Source: Bdellovibrio sp. (GTDB taxonomy: Bacteria; Bdellovibrionota; Bdellovibrionia; Bdellovibrionales; Bdellovibrionaceae). From it: a stretch of 64,000 nucleotides of DNA. Shown one piece after another: positions 44,559 to 54,591 of this stretch. The position numbers and the translations under genes were made by a program. Location of the stretch: the NCBI GenBank assembly GCA_036677065.1, contig JAKFBS010000003.1, positions 416,001-480,000 of the forward strand, in the 5' to 3' direction. Position 1 is the first letter of the stretch; each line of letters opens with the position of its first letter. Below the pieces are notes generated by a model that saw nothing but the letters and a program-made list of their open reading frames with translations, made no database searches and was not told where the DNA came from.

Positions 44559-45725
44559 ATGAAAAACTTTAATCCAGGCGACATTTTTAATATTGAAAAT
44601 TTACTTAGCGATGAAGAAAGAGATATTCAGAAATCAGTGCGACACTTTGTTTCAAAAGAGATAATTCCAACTATAGCTGAAGATTACGAAGCGGGCCGTT
44701 TTCCGATGAAGCTTATTTCGCAACTGGCCGAGATGGGAACGCTAGGAGCAACTATTAAAGGATACGGTTGCGCCGGGCTGAGCTACACATCTTACGGTGT
44801 TATTATGCAAGAACTTGAGCGTGGTGATTCAGGCATACGTTCATTTGTCAGCGTTCAAGGTGCACTGTGTATGTTTCCAATTTATGCATTCGGTACCGAA
44901 GAACAAAAGAAAAAATATCTGCCGAAGATGGCAAAGGGAGAGTTGATAGGCTGCTTTGGGTTGACCGAACCTGACTACGGTTCAAATCCTGGCGGCATGA
45001 TCACGCGTGCGACAAAAGATGGTAATGATTATGTTATTAATGGTGCAAAAATGTGGATCACGAATGGCGGTTTTTCTGATCTGGCCATTGTCTGGGCGAA
45101 GGATGATGATAAAAAGATTCGTGGTTTTATCGTCGACCGTGAAACACCCGGTTTTTCGGTTCGTGATATTCAAAAAAAATTTTCACTCAAAGCTTCGGTC
45201 ACATCTGAATTAATTTTTGATAATGTGCGAGTTCCAGCATCACAAGCTCTTGAAGTTCAGGGTTTAAAAGGCCCATTTGCCTGTTTGAATAATGCCCGTT
45301 TTGGAATTTCATGGGGAGCGATCGGCGCTGCTATGGCTTGTTATGATGAAGGCTTGAATTATGCAAAGACCAGAGTTCAGTTTGACAAACCTATTGCTGG
45401 TTATCAATTAGTGCAGGCAAAACTTGCTAATATGATTACAGAAATAACCAAGGCACAACTTTTGGCAGTGCAACTTGGGCGCTTGAAAGATGCAGGTAAG
45501 GCCTTACCAGTTCAAATTTCGATGGCTAAAATGAATAACGTATCAATGGCACTGGATTGTGCCAGGGTAACTCGAGACATTCTTGGAGCCAGCGGCATTA
45601 CTTACGAATATCAGTGTGGCCGTCATCTGTTAAATTTAGAGAGTGTGAATACGTACGAAGGCACTGAAGATATACATAGATTAATTATTGGTGAGTATAT
45701 CACCGGTATACCAGCATACAGATAG
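44559..45725 (+). CDS. Acyl-CoA dehydrogenase, glutaryl-CoA dehydrogenase-like
   Basis: ELERGDSG.RS, GCFGLTEPD.GS.PGGM, KMWITNG, LESVNTYEGT.DIH. Confidence 0.88.
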   Translation: MKNFNPGDIFNIENLLSDEERDIQKSVRHFVSKEIIPTIAEDYEAGRFPMKLISQLAEMGTLGATIKGYGCAGLSYTSYGVIMQELERGDSGIRSFVSVQGALCMFPIYAFGTEEQKKKYLPKMAKGELIGCFGLTEPDYGSNPGGMITRATKDGNDYVINGAKMWITNGGFSDLAIVWAKDDDKKIRGFIVDRETPGFSVRDIQKKFSLKASVTSELIFDNVRVPASQALEVQGLKGPFACLNNARFGISWGAIGAAMACYDEGLNYAKTRVQFDKPIAGYQLVQAKLANMITEITKAQLLAVQLGRLKDAGKALPVQISMAKMNNVSMALDCARVTRDILGASGITYEYQCGRHLLNLESVNTYEGTEDIHRLIIGEYITGIPAYR

Positions 45726-45733
45726 GAGCCTGT

Positions 45734-46660
45734 ATGGGAAAAAACAAATTACCGATTGTGTATTCGTGTTCGGGCTGTTCGACGGCGGCACAAATGGCGA
45801 ATCAGATTGCGATAAAGATGGATCGCGATAAAATCGCTGAAATGAGTTGTATCGCAGGCGTTGGAGGTGATGTTCCAAGCTTGGTACGTGTTGCTAAAAC
45901 TGCTGAAACGATAATTGCTCTTGATGGATGTCAGCTTAAATGCACGCAAAACATCTTAGCTCGGCACGGTATTAAGCCGAATCATCATATTGTTTTATCT
46001 GATTTAGGCGTTGTAAAACGCCTTCATCAAGATTTTGATCCGCAAGAAGCTGAAAATGTTTATGAAAAAGTCACTGCATTGTTAAAGCCTGATTATATGG
46101 CGGAACAAGACTTACTGGAGAATAAAATTTTGATACGCGAACCATTCGCGGAATATTTAAAAGCGACCGAGTCTGAATATAGTTTTGCAATTACATTATT
46201 AGACGTAGTTCGATTTGCAGGGCATGCCTGCCCATCGATGATTGGGGCTTTTCTGATAGCTAAAGTGGCGACACGAGATTTATTTCCAGATGAAGTTGTG
46301 CTTCGGGGTGATGTACAAATAGCAACAGTAAATTCAGTTGAATCCGGTGCAACGGGGCCTATCTGTAATGTTTTTTCGATGATTTTTGGCTCATGGGGAG
46401 CCAGTGGCTTTGGTGGTTTATCAGGACAATTTCGCCGAAGAGATTTACTTGAGTATGAAAATCCACATGTTCCAAGCGGGGCATTTCGGTTTCGTCGTTT
46501 ATCTACGGGAAAAATTATTGATGTCTATTATACTCCGGGTGAAGCCTTTACTCTTGATGACAAACCCACAGATCCATTTCCACTCAATTGGCGTAAAATG
46601 ATTAAGAAAATATTAGTAAACTCAAATCAATGTGTAAAAGTAGTCGAGGTTTCAGATTGA
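45734..46660 (+). CDS. DGC-domain (putative Zn-binding) protein fused to an FmdE-like domain
   Basis: N-term YSCSGCS...EMSCIAGVGG...ALDGC..KC; C-term DVVRFAGHACP..GAFL. Confidence 0.65.
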   Translation: MGKNKLPIVYSCSGCSTAAQMANQIAIKMDRDKIAEMSCIAGVGGDVPSLVRVAKTAETIIALDGCQLKCTQNILARHGIKPNHHIVLSDLGVVKRLHQDFDPQEAENVYEKVTALLKPDYMAEQDLLENKILIREPFAEYLKATESEYSFAITLLDVVRFAGHACPSMIGAFLIAKVATRDLFPDEVVLRGDVQIATVNSVESGATGPICNVFSMIFGSWGASGFGGLSGQFRRRDLLEYENPHVPSGAFRFRRLSTGKIIDVYYTPGEAFTLDDKPTDPFPLNWRKMIKKILVNSNQCVKVVEVSD

Positions 46661-46683
46661 GAGCTGCGAAGAAAGGCGTAACA

Positions 46684-47811
46684 TCACTTCGCACTGTTTA
46701 GCATTTTAACAGACCACGCACCGATTGAAACAATGAATAACACTATGGCGATTTGCACGGATAATGAAGTCACTTGATAACCTGCGCTGTATCTGAGTAT
46801 GCTGGCACTGACAAGACATGCAGTGAAAGTCATAACTCGTTTTGATGAAACTTCATAATCGAGTGATTCTCCACCGTGGGCTAAAACTACCCGTGTAGAA
46901 ATAAGTAACGTAACCAGAACAAAACCACCAATATACAGAACATGAAGACCAGCTAAGGGGCTGCCAAAATACGGAGCTGAAAGAAGCGTACCAAGCGGCA
47001 GTAGCGCAGTTGAGATTTTTAAACCAACACCCACGGCTGTCCATTTGACGGGTTTGGCGAGAATGCTGAAGTTTTTAAAGAGTACGTATGTGATGATTAA
47101 GGTACGCGAAATAAGGCTGAAATTTTCAAAACCTAAAAGTTGGGTGATGAATGTTAAATTAAACATGACAACCAAAATAAGTGTATTAAAAAACTGCGGT
47201 GGGTTCTGAGAAGCCTGATTTGGCATTAAAGCATTTGGTAAGCGTGAGATCACAGGGATAAGCCGGCTTCCAAGTCCAAGAATAAGATTCAGTATGAAGG
47301 CTTCTCCACTTAACAAAAGTAAGACAGATCGATCAGCGTTAAAACTATAAATCAAAGAGCCCGCAAGCGATATCAGGAGTGCCGCTGGGATAAATAGAAT
47401 ACTGGCGAATGGCATTTTTTTAGCTTTAGTAAAACGCCGTGTGATGAAATAGATAAGAAAAAGCTGCTGAAAAATAACTAAATAAGACGAGGGTAGTATT
47501 TCGTTACGAAGGGTGAGAGTTAACTGCAACATACAAAGTAATATCGCAATAGAAACTTCAGCAATTGTCGCCGTAAATGTTGAGGTCATTTTTGGAATAG
47601 CGGTCATTAAAAAACCAGCAATAAAAGCCCACATAAAGCCAAAGTACATTAGATTTCCGTGTGCAAAATTAGGATAAAAGCTAATCATGCGAAATTGAAC
47701 AAAGATCCAAAGTAAAATGCCGACGAATGAGCATAGAATTCCGATTGGAAAAAGAATTCTGTAAGGTTCTACATCAAAAGAGTCTGACTGGTTACTTTGT
47801 TCTGTATTCAT
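46684..47811 (-). CDS. nnrS: NnrS-family membrane protein
   Basis: PYRILFP, HGNLMYFGF...GFLMTAIP, LH...GG, RVVLAHGG; many TM segments; in nirK operon. Confidence 0.75.
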   Translation of the reverse strand: MNTEQSNQSDSFDVEPYRILFPIGILCSFVGILLWIFVQFRMISFYPNFAHGNLMYFGFMWAFIAGFLMTAIPKMTSTFTATIAEVSIAILLCMLQLTLTLRNEILPSSYLVIFQQLFLIYFITRRFTKAKKMPFASILFIPAALLISLAGSLIYSFNADRSVLLLLSGEAFILNLILGLGSRLIPVISRLPNALMPNQASQNPPQFFNTLILVVMFNLTFITQLLGFENFSLISRTLIITYVLFKNFSILAKPVKWTAVGVGLKISTALLPLGTLLSAPYFGSPLAGLHVLYIGGFVLVTLLISTRVVLAHGGESLDYEVSSKRVMTFTACLVSASILRYSAGYQVTSLSVQIAIVLFIVSIGAWSVKMLNSAK

Positions 47812-47817
47812 AAGTAC

Positions 47818-48378
47818 CTATTTTTTTAGTTTTCTGTGAGCTTGTAGAGCCTCGACTAATTTATCTGAATCAGCATTTAAGTTATCGATTGAAGATAAAA
47901 CTTCGCCACCTGGTCCTAATAGTGTAATGAGATTGCTGTGCGAAAAATCGCCATCGCCAAGATCTTTATAGCTAATTCCTAACGTAACGGCTAACTCGCG
48001 TGCATCCGCTTCGGATTCTGCTGCCAAAAAATGCCATTTTTTGACATCAAGTTTTTTATCGGCCTGATATTTTTTTAGTTTATCAGGTCGATCGCTTTTT
48101 ACATCGAACGACGAAAGAATAACCTGCACATCGGTTACATTTTTGGCTTTAAAGTCTTTAAGTATTTTTTGCATTTTGGCAATCGTCAAAGGGCATGCAT
48201 GGGCGCAGCCTGTATAGACCATAGCAATAAGTGAATAAGTTGATCCGACGGTAGATGCAATCGTAACTTTTTTATTTTCTGTCGTTAACCAGAAAGATTC
48301 AATATCTGCCAAGCTTGCAGATAAACTAATTTGTGTGAAAGTAAAAATTGTTAAAAAAAGTTTTAGTTTTTGTTTCAT
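47818..48378 (-). CDS. SCO1/SenC-family copper chaperone
   Basis: YTGCAHACP (CxxxC), distal HS; signal peptide. Confidence 0.9.
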   Translation of the reverse strand: MKQKLKLFLTIFTFTQISLSASLADIESFWLTTENKKVTIASTVGSTYSLIAMVYTGCAHACPLTIAKMQKILKDFKAKNVTDVQVILSSFDVKSDRPDKLKKYQADKKLDVKKWHFLAAESEADARELAVTLGISYKDLGDGDFSHSNLITLLGPGGEVLSSIDNLNADSDKLVEALQAHRKLKK

Positions 48379-48390
48379 AATATGCTCCTT

Positions 48391-49164
48391 TTAAAGTGCG
48401 CAGCGAAATCCTAAATTCCAGATTGAGTTTTTTCCTTTTAAACTAGATCTAAAAGCAAAACGCATAAATGCAGCATAGTTTTCTTTGTCGTTGGATGCTA
48501 ATGCGCCAGCACCACAAAACATATCTTTATTAAATGAACTGTCTTCGCGACTTTCGCCGGTGACAAATGTTGTGTTGAAGTCTTCAATCCATTCCCAGAC
48601 AAGGCCGTGCATGTCATATGCACCATAAATATTTTTATAAACAGAACCGACCGATTTAATTTGGTCAGTTTGTGGTTCTCCGTACCAAGCCAAGATGCGA
48701 CTTAAGAATTTTTCATCTTTATTAGCATCTTTTTTGTTTTCTGATGCGGCCGCGGCATATTCCCATTCGTTCAGAGTGGGTAGTCTTAAACCATGTGACT
48801 TGCAAAATGCACGTGCCGAAAACCAGCTGACATTTGTAACTGGTGATGAGCCTGGTGATTTTTCAAGATTATTTAAATAATTGCCATCAGTAAAAAGCGA
48901 ACTTGCTGTAACTTTCTGCCATTGAGTACTTTTGTTAAGAAAATCTTGATATTGTTTAACAGTCACAGCCTTTGGCATGAGTTGAAATTTATTAACACGA
49001 ATAAACGCACGTGTAGTTTTTGTTTCGTTTTTTGTTTTAACAGACATCGGCGATAACCAGATGGCTTCAAGTTGGCCAGCTGGTACCGCGATTAATTCTA
49101 TGGCGCTAGCCTGTGTTACCCAAGCTAAATTAAATATAAAAAGTACGCGCCATAGTTGTTTCAT
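48391..49164 (-). CDS. Formylglycine-generating-enzyme-fold protein (NirV-like)
   Basis: PVTNVSW..A..FC, RLPT..EWEYAA, DMHGLVWEW, LGFRC; follows nirK. Confidence 0.85.
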   Translation of the reverse strand: MKQLWRVLFIFNLAWVTQASAIELIAVPAGQLEAIWLSPMSVKTKNETKTTRAFIRVNKFQLMPKAVTVKQYQDFLNKSTQWQKVTASSLFTDGNYLNNLEKSPGSSPVTNVSWFSARAFCKSHGLRLPTLNEWEYAAAASENKKDANKDEKFLSRILAWYGEPQTDQIKSVGSVYKNIYGAYDMHGLVWEWIEDFNTTFVTGESREDSSFNKDMFCGAGALASNDKENYAAFMRFAFRSSLKGKNSIWNLGFRCAL

Positions 49165-49166
49165 GA

Positions 49167-50588
49167 CTAGTGTTCTCCTTCACCAGTTTGTTGCCCGTTA
49201 GCTTTAGGAACAGCTGCAGCTTCTTCTTTAGTGTATTTGCGTTTTTTATTACCCCAGTTGTTTGATACATAAGTTAGAACATTTGCGATATCAGCATCTG
49301 ATAAACCTAAAGATGGCATAACAGCATTAAATGGTTGACCATTAACTGTGATTTTTCCGGTAAGACCATTTTTAACTACGCTAATCGCTCTTTTGTGATC
49401 AGTATTGAAGTAATCAGAGTTCGCCAGAGGAGGGAACGCACCTGTGATGCCTTTACCATCAGGTTGGTGGCAGGCGGCGCAGTTGTTTGCATACACTGTT
49501 TTACCAAGTTTAATTTGATCTTCAATATTGGCTGCCGTTGCAATTTTTTCTTTGTCAGCAATTTTTTGAATTGCTCCACCTTCAGGTAGATAGATATTGT
49601 CTGCAGTTTTTCCTGTGAAAATTTCTTTATTTTCAGCGCCTTCGACTTTCATGATTCCTAAGGCACCTTTATTGAAAGCTCTGAAAATTGAGTGATCTAC
49701 CAGAACAAGATTGCTAGGCACTTCAACCTTAAACTCAACGATAGCTGAACCACCGGCAGGAACTAGAGTCGTTTGAATATTAGTATTATACTCTGATGCG
49801 CCCTCTTTATAGACCTTATCAAATATTTCGCCGATAATGTGAAAAGAAGAAACTAAGTTAGGGCCACCGTTACCAACAAAGAGACGTACAGTTTCACCCA
49901 CGTTAGCTTTGATCGCATTATCGCCAGATAGCGAGCTTGTTGATCCGTTAAATACGACATATGTCGGTTTTTCATCAACAGCTTTAGCCATGTCAAATGG
50001 TTGATAGCCTTGAACGCCAAATTTTCCTTTAGTGTAGAAGTCACCTTGCATGACATAGTATTCGCGATCAACTTTAGGCATTCCTTTTTTTGGTTCGACT
50101 AAAATTAAACCATACATACCGTTAGCGATATGCATACCAACCGGTGCAGTTGCACAGTGGTAGACATATAGGCCTGGATTGATGGCTTTAAATGAGAAAA
50201 CGCTTTCATGTCCTGGTGAAGTAAACGAAGCCGCGGCACCGCCGCCTTGCCCAGTTACGGCGTGTAAGTCGATATTATGTGGCATTTTAGAGCTTGGGTG
50301 ATTTTTTAAGTGAAACTCAACATCATCACCTTCACGAATTCGGATAAAGCTGCCAGGCACAGTACCGCCGAAAGTCCAAAATGTGTAATCAACGCCATCT
50401 GAAATTTTCATCTTCTTTTCGATCACTTCAAGATGCACCACGAGTTTTACTGATTTACTACGTGTAATTTGTGGTGGTACGTGCGGTGGAGCCGTCAACA
50501 CTGCAACTTCGCTATCCTTGCTACTAGCTAATGCCATATTACCAGCAAGCATAAGCAGTATTATTATTTTGAACTTTAACGATATCAT
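49167..50588 (-). CDS. nirK: Copper-containing nitrite reductase with C-terminal cytochrome c domain
   Basis: [40 protein letters not shown]-terminal CAACH...MP. Confidence 0.96.
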   Translation of the reverse strand: MISLKFKIIILLMLAGNMALASSKDSEVAVLTAPPHVPPQITRSKSVKLVVHLEVIEKKMKISDGVDYTFWTFGGTVPGSFIRIREGDDVEFHLKNHPSSKMPHNIDLHAVTGQGGGAAASFTSPGHESVFSFKAINPGLYVYHCATAPVGMHIANGMYGLILVEPKKGMPKVDREYYVMQGDFYTKGKFGVQGYQPFDMAKAVDEKPTYVVFNGSTSSLSGDNAIKANVGETVRLFVGNGGPNLVSSFHIIGEIFDKVYKEGASEYNTNIQTTLVPAGGSAIVEFKVEVPSNLVLVDHSIFRAFNKGALGIMKVEGAENKEIFTGKTADNIYLPEGGAIQKIADKEKIATAANIEDQIKLGKTVYANNCAACHQPDGKGITGAFPPLANSDYFNTDHKRAISVVKNGLTGKITVNGQPFNAVMPSLGLSDADIANVLTYVSNNWGNKKRKYTKEEAAAVPKANGQQTGEGEH

Positions 50589-50641
50589 AATCTCTCCCTT
50601 CGAGATGACTACAGGTTATACGAGTTATGAATAATAAAACC

Positions 50642-50655
50642 ATGATTTAGATCAT
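50642..50655. promoter_or_regulatory. Crp/Fnr-type box 2, upstream of nirK
   Basis: (C)ATGAT-TTAG-ATCAT(G); minus-strand TAACCT (50618-50613) 23 bp downstream. Confidence 0.8.
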
Positions 50656-50665
50656 GTTAGGCGAA

Positions 50666-52483
50666 TTATTTTAAGGAAGATTTATGGATAAATTTTCCTA
50701 CTTCTAGACAAAAATCGTATGGTTTTTGTACGTTTACACAGTTTTGTGTGATTTTTGCTAAAATATCCGGGGCCAGATCGGTTATGCCTACAACAAGAGG
50801 TGAAACTCCTAGGGCAATGGCTTCGTCTATTGATTTTTTCACGTCCTCTTGACCGTATTTTCCTTCGTAGGGGTCTAAATCAGTGGGCTTGCCGTCAGTT
50901 ACCACAATCAGTAGCGGATTTTTACTTTGTTGACGATGCAGTTTTTGAGTTGCATGGCGAATTGATGGTCCTAATCGGGTGTATTGTCGTGGTGAAAACT
51001 CATGAAGTTTTGGGTAAATCAGTTGCCAACTTGTGGTGAAGTCCAACAACGGTAAATATGAAATGTTTTTGCGAGTTTGGCTAAATGATAAATTTAAACT
51101 TAGCTGTGGAGCAAGGGCATGGATGGCTTCGCCGAAGACAACGAGGGAATTCCTGATAATGTGAATAATTTTTTCACCATTTATCCAGGTATCTGTTGAA
51201 TATGAAATATCAACGACAATTGAAATATGCATCTCAAAATCTCGATTTATTTTTCGTTGGTAAATGCGTGGGCTACCTGAAACTGTTCTGAATTCAGGGG
51301 CCAAGCGAATGATGCTGTCTAAATCTAATTCTGGCCCCTCAACTTTTCGAGATTGCCATAGAGGTTGGTTCCACATTGCAGAATAGTATTTTTTAAAATA
51401 AGAAATTTCTTTGGCGTATTGGATAATGATTTCGTTGCGTAGTTGTGAATTGTCTTGCGGGGTAATAGCAACTTCAAAAACCTGACAATGATCTTTTGTG
51501 TACGAATTATTTCGGTAATTCCACTCGGCATAATATTTTGCCTGGGTATCTAAAGCCGCAGAAGAAATATCGGCTTCTGTGTTTTTAATGAGTTGCATAT
51601 CTTGTCGAAACACACTACTGGCTTTGCCCTGATTAGTAAATTGATTCATTTCGACTTCGTCTAAAGCATTGCTGTGATCATCCAGATCGTCATCCCCTGA
51701 AGTCATTCGTTGACCGCCCGAGTAGTCATCTAATGTTTCCATTTTTTCAAAGCTGTGTGTAACTGGATTAACTTCAGATTTTTTTTCTTCGTCAGAATTT
51801 AATACGTATTCTTTTCTGTTTCGCGTTTTTGATTTAGATGATGACGATGAAGCAGTTTGTTCAGTTTCACTTGATCGATTCAATTTGGTAAAGCGTAAAG
51901 GAAGCGGAACGGTTGCCAACAAATAATCAAAGGCTTCGTCATTAGTTTTATCTTGCATTAAGGGCGCTAACTGATCGCTACTTCGACAGGTGATTTGATT
52001 TTTCCAGTAGTCCAGAATTTTGTTAGTTTTTAAATGCTTTTTCTTAACTTCAGTAAAGTATTTATTAAAGGTATCATTTTCAAGGCTTGAATAATTCGAA
52101 AAACGTGTATCTAGCCACGTGTTAATTATTGGCATATACGCTAACATTTGTACGCGAGGAAAGTTTCTTGATTTATCTTTAAAAGAAAACGCAATGTCTA
52201 ATTCTTTGATCGCGGTTGATTTAAGAATTAACAGCTTGAGTAAATCAAAATTCAATTCTTTGTCTTCAGTCCAACGTAATTGCAGAGGTAAAAGAAGTTC
52301 GTTATCCACAAAACCACACCCCCAAAGACTTATGCCAACTTCAACAGGAGTTTCAGAAAACGAGACAAGATTGGCAAAAGTTGTTAATTGAACTATGGAT
52401 TCAGATAATTCAATGTATCCATCTTTTTTTGAAGATCTGACAAGCTGGTTTTTATAAAAGTAACCAAATAGCTTTTCCATCAA
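50666..52483 (-). CDS. norD: Nitric oxide reductase activation protein NorD (vWA), divergent N-terminus
   Basis: HSFEK.ETLD, Y.EWNY, G.ELDLD, MIDAS VDISYST, YTRLG..IRHA, TDGKP.D.D.YEG. Confidence 0.85.
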   Translation of the reverse strand: MMEKLFGYFYKNQLVRSSKKDGYIELSESIVQLTTFANLVSFSETPVEVGISLWGCGFVDNELLLPLQLRWTEDKELNFDLLKLLILKSTAIKELDIAFSFKDKSRNFPRVQMLAYMPIINTWLDTRFSNYSSLENDTFNKYFTEVKKKHLKTNKILDYWKNQITCRSSDQLAPLMQDKTNDEAFDYLLATVPLPLRFTKLNRSSETEQTASSSSSKSKTRNRKEYVLNSDEEKKSEVNPVTHSFEKMETLDDYSGGQRMTSGDDDLDDHSNALDEVEMNQFTNQGKASSVFRQDMQLIKNTEADISSAALDTQAKYYAEWNYRNNSYTKDHCQVFEVAITPQDNSQLRNEIIIQYAKEISYFKKYYSAMWNQPLWQSRKVEGPELDLDSIIRLAPEFRTVSGSPRIYQRKINRDFEMHISIVVDISYSTDTWINGEKIIHIIRNSLVVFGEAIHALAPQLSLNLSFSQTRKNISYLPLLDFTTSWQLIYPKLHEFSPRQYTRLGPSIRHATQKLHRQQSKNPLLIVVTDGKPTDLDPYEGKYGQEDVKKSIDEAIALGVSPLVVGITDLAPDILAKITQNCVNVQKPYDFCLEVGKFIHKSSLK

Positions 52484-53257
52484 TTAAATTAATAAATTGA
52501 TATAATCTTTTAGCGCGTGAACGACGTCACGGTCATCTGAAAGAACTTCAGCAATCGCAATATGACAGGCCAGACGTGGATTTAAACCTTGTTTTATAAG
52601 TGTGGCAGCATTAATCAGTAAACGCGAAGACACAGTTTCTTTAAGCATCAGCCCTTCTTTGGTTCTTATTTTGTGTCCAAGATCTGCAAGCTGATCACAT
52701 ATTTTTTTGCTGATCTGAGTTAATTCACTAATTAGTCGAGATTCATCTTCTTTATTTAAGTAATTCATTGAAAGACAGACAAATCGTTGTTTCGTTGAAG
52801 GCTTAAGTTCTTTAAGACCTTTTTGATAGCCAGGGTTGTAACTGGCGACAACCATAAAATCTTTTTTGGCCTGAAGAGTTTCATTGATTTTATCGATATG
52901 AACTTCACGGCGATGATCAGTTAACGGATGTAAGGCAACGATGACATCTTCACGAGCTTCAGCGATTTCATCAAGATATAAAATGCTGTTCGTACGCAAT
53001 GCCTGTGTGACAGGGCCATCCTGCCACACAGTTTCTCCTGATTTTAATAAAAAACGACCAAGCAAGTCTGCCGCATTGGTATCTTCATTACAAGAGACTT
53101 TAATTAATGGACGATTGAGTTTTCTCGCCATGTATTCAACTAATTGAGATTTTCCGCAACCGGTTGGCCCTTTGATCAGTAAGGGCAACTGTGTTGCAAA
53201 ACATGAAGTAAAAATACTTTCTTCATTTTTAGTTGAAATAAATAGATCAAAATTCAT
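52484..53257 (-). CDS. norQ: NorQ/NirQ/CbbQ AAA+ ATPase
   Basis: KGPTGCGKS, YLDEIAEAR, SYNPGYQ, LKPSTKQRF. Confidence 0.93.
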   Translation of the reverse strand: MNFDLFISTKNEESIFTSCFATQLPLLIKGPTGCGKSQLVEYMARKLNRPLIKVSCNEDTNAADLLGRFLLKSGETVWQDGPVTQALRTNSILYLDEIAEAREDVIVALHPLTDHRREVHIDKINETLQAKKDFMVVASYNPGYQKGLKELKPSTKQRFVCLSMNYLNKEDESRLISELTQISKKICDQLADLGHKIRTKEGLMLKETVSSRLLINAATLIKQGLNPRLACHIAIAEVLSDDRDVVHALKDYINLLI

Positions 53258-53262
53258 TTTTA

Positions 53263-54591
53263 TTAACTTTCTACTTCGCCAACGGGTTTACCAAATCTAA
53301 TGAAATTCCAGATGAAAGCGATTATTCCAGCTGTAAATAACGTAGCTGCAAGCACTAAACCTAAAAAGTGAATTTCGATTTCTTTTTGCACCATCAAAAA
53401 GTCTAATCCTACTTTGCGTTCGAGATATACTTGAGCTACACCAGCTACACCAAAGGCGACTGTCATCGCTGTCATGCCGATATTCGATGTCCAGAAAGCG
53501 AAGTGATTTGTTTTCGTGTCTTGTAATTTTCGTCCAGTCAGATAAGGCATTGTGTATGTAATGATACCCAAGATTAAACAGGCGTAAGCGCCCCAGAAAG
53601 CCAGGTGGCCATGCATTGCGGTCACTAAAGTACCATGTGTATACATATTCACTTGCGGTAGGGTGTGAGCGAAACCTAGAAAACCAGCTCCAACAAATGA
53701 CATAATAGCCGTGCCAAGTGTCCACATCAAAGCCGCTTTATTATCGACCACTTTTTTACCTTTGCGTGCCATGGCTATGGCATAGATGGCCATACCCAAA
53801 AAGGCTAACGGTTCAAGAGCACCAAATATTCCACCAATCATCAGCCAATAACGAGGTGTTCCGATATAGTAGTAGTGATGGCCTGTACCTAAAATTCCAC
53901 TTAGAAAAGTAAAGCCCACTATGATGTACAGCCATTTTTCGATAACTTCTCTGTCTACGCCTGTGATTTTAATCAACAAGAATGATAGAATGGCTCCCAT
54001 GATAAGTTCCCAAACGCCTTCGACCCAAAGATGCACAACCCACCAGCGCCAGTAAGAATCATGAGTTTGATTGTCTGTTTCGATAAGTCCCGGAAGATAT
54101 AATAGCGCAGCAGTAAGTAATCCAAAGAACAACACAAGACTTGTTGTAGTCTGTTTTTTTCCACGCCAGATCGTGCCGCCAATTAGACCGACAAAAAGTA
54201 ACACATCGACGACAACTAAGTAATCAAGTGGACGAGGTATTTCTAAAAATTTTCGACCTTCCCACCATTGAAAGTGAAAGCCGATAATCGCTGTAACGCC
54301 AACTACCACAAAAGCAATCAGTTGTACGTAAGCCCATTTAACCGAGAGAATGTCGAGTTCGACTTCTTCGGGTATAATGTAGTACGCAGCACCCATAAAT
54401 CCCGACAATAACCACATGACTAATAAATTCGTGTGCACCGCTCTGGCCACGTTAAAAGGTATGATGCTGTGTAGGCCATCCATACCCATATGTGCAAAAC
54501 CCATAATAAAACCGTAAACTAACTGTAAACTAAACAACAGCATACAGACGGCAAAAAACCAGTAAGCTATTTTTTGTGATTGATATTTCAT
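53263..54591 (-). CDS. norB: Cytochrome c-dependent nitric oxide reductase large subunit
   Basis: RAVHTN, WWVVHLWVEGVWE, GTGHHYY, ALEP, TAMHGH. Confidence 0.96.
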   Translation of the reverse strand: MKYQSQKIAYWFFAVCMLLFSLQLVYGFIMGFAHMGMDGLHSIIPFNVARAVHTNLLVMWLLSGFMGAAYYIIPEEVELDILSVKWAYVQLIAFVVVGVTAIIGFHFQWWEGRKFLEIPRPLDYLVVVDVLLFVGLIGGTIWRGKKQTTTSLVLFFGLLTAALLYLPGLIETDNQTHDSYWRWWVVHLWVEGVWELIMGAILSFLLIKITGVDREVIEKWLYIIVGFTFLSGILGTGHHYYYIGTPRYWLMIGGIFGALEPLAFLGMAIYAIAMARKGKKVVDNKAALMWTLGTAIMSFVGAGFLGFAHTLPQVNMYTHGTLVTAMHGHLAFWGAYACLILGIITYTMPYLTGRKLQDTKTNHFAFWTSNIGMTAMTVAFGVAGVAQVYLERKVGLDFLMVQKEIEIHFLGLVLAATLFTAGIIAFIWNFIRFGKPVGEVES

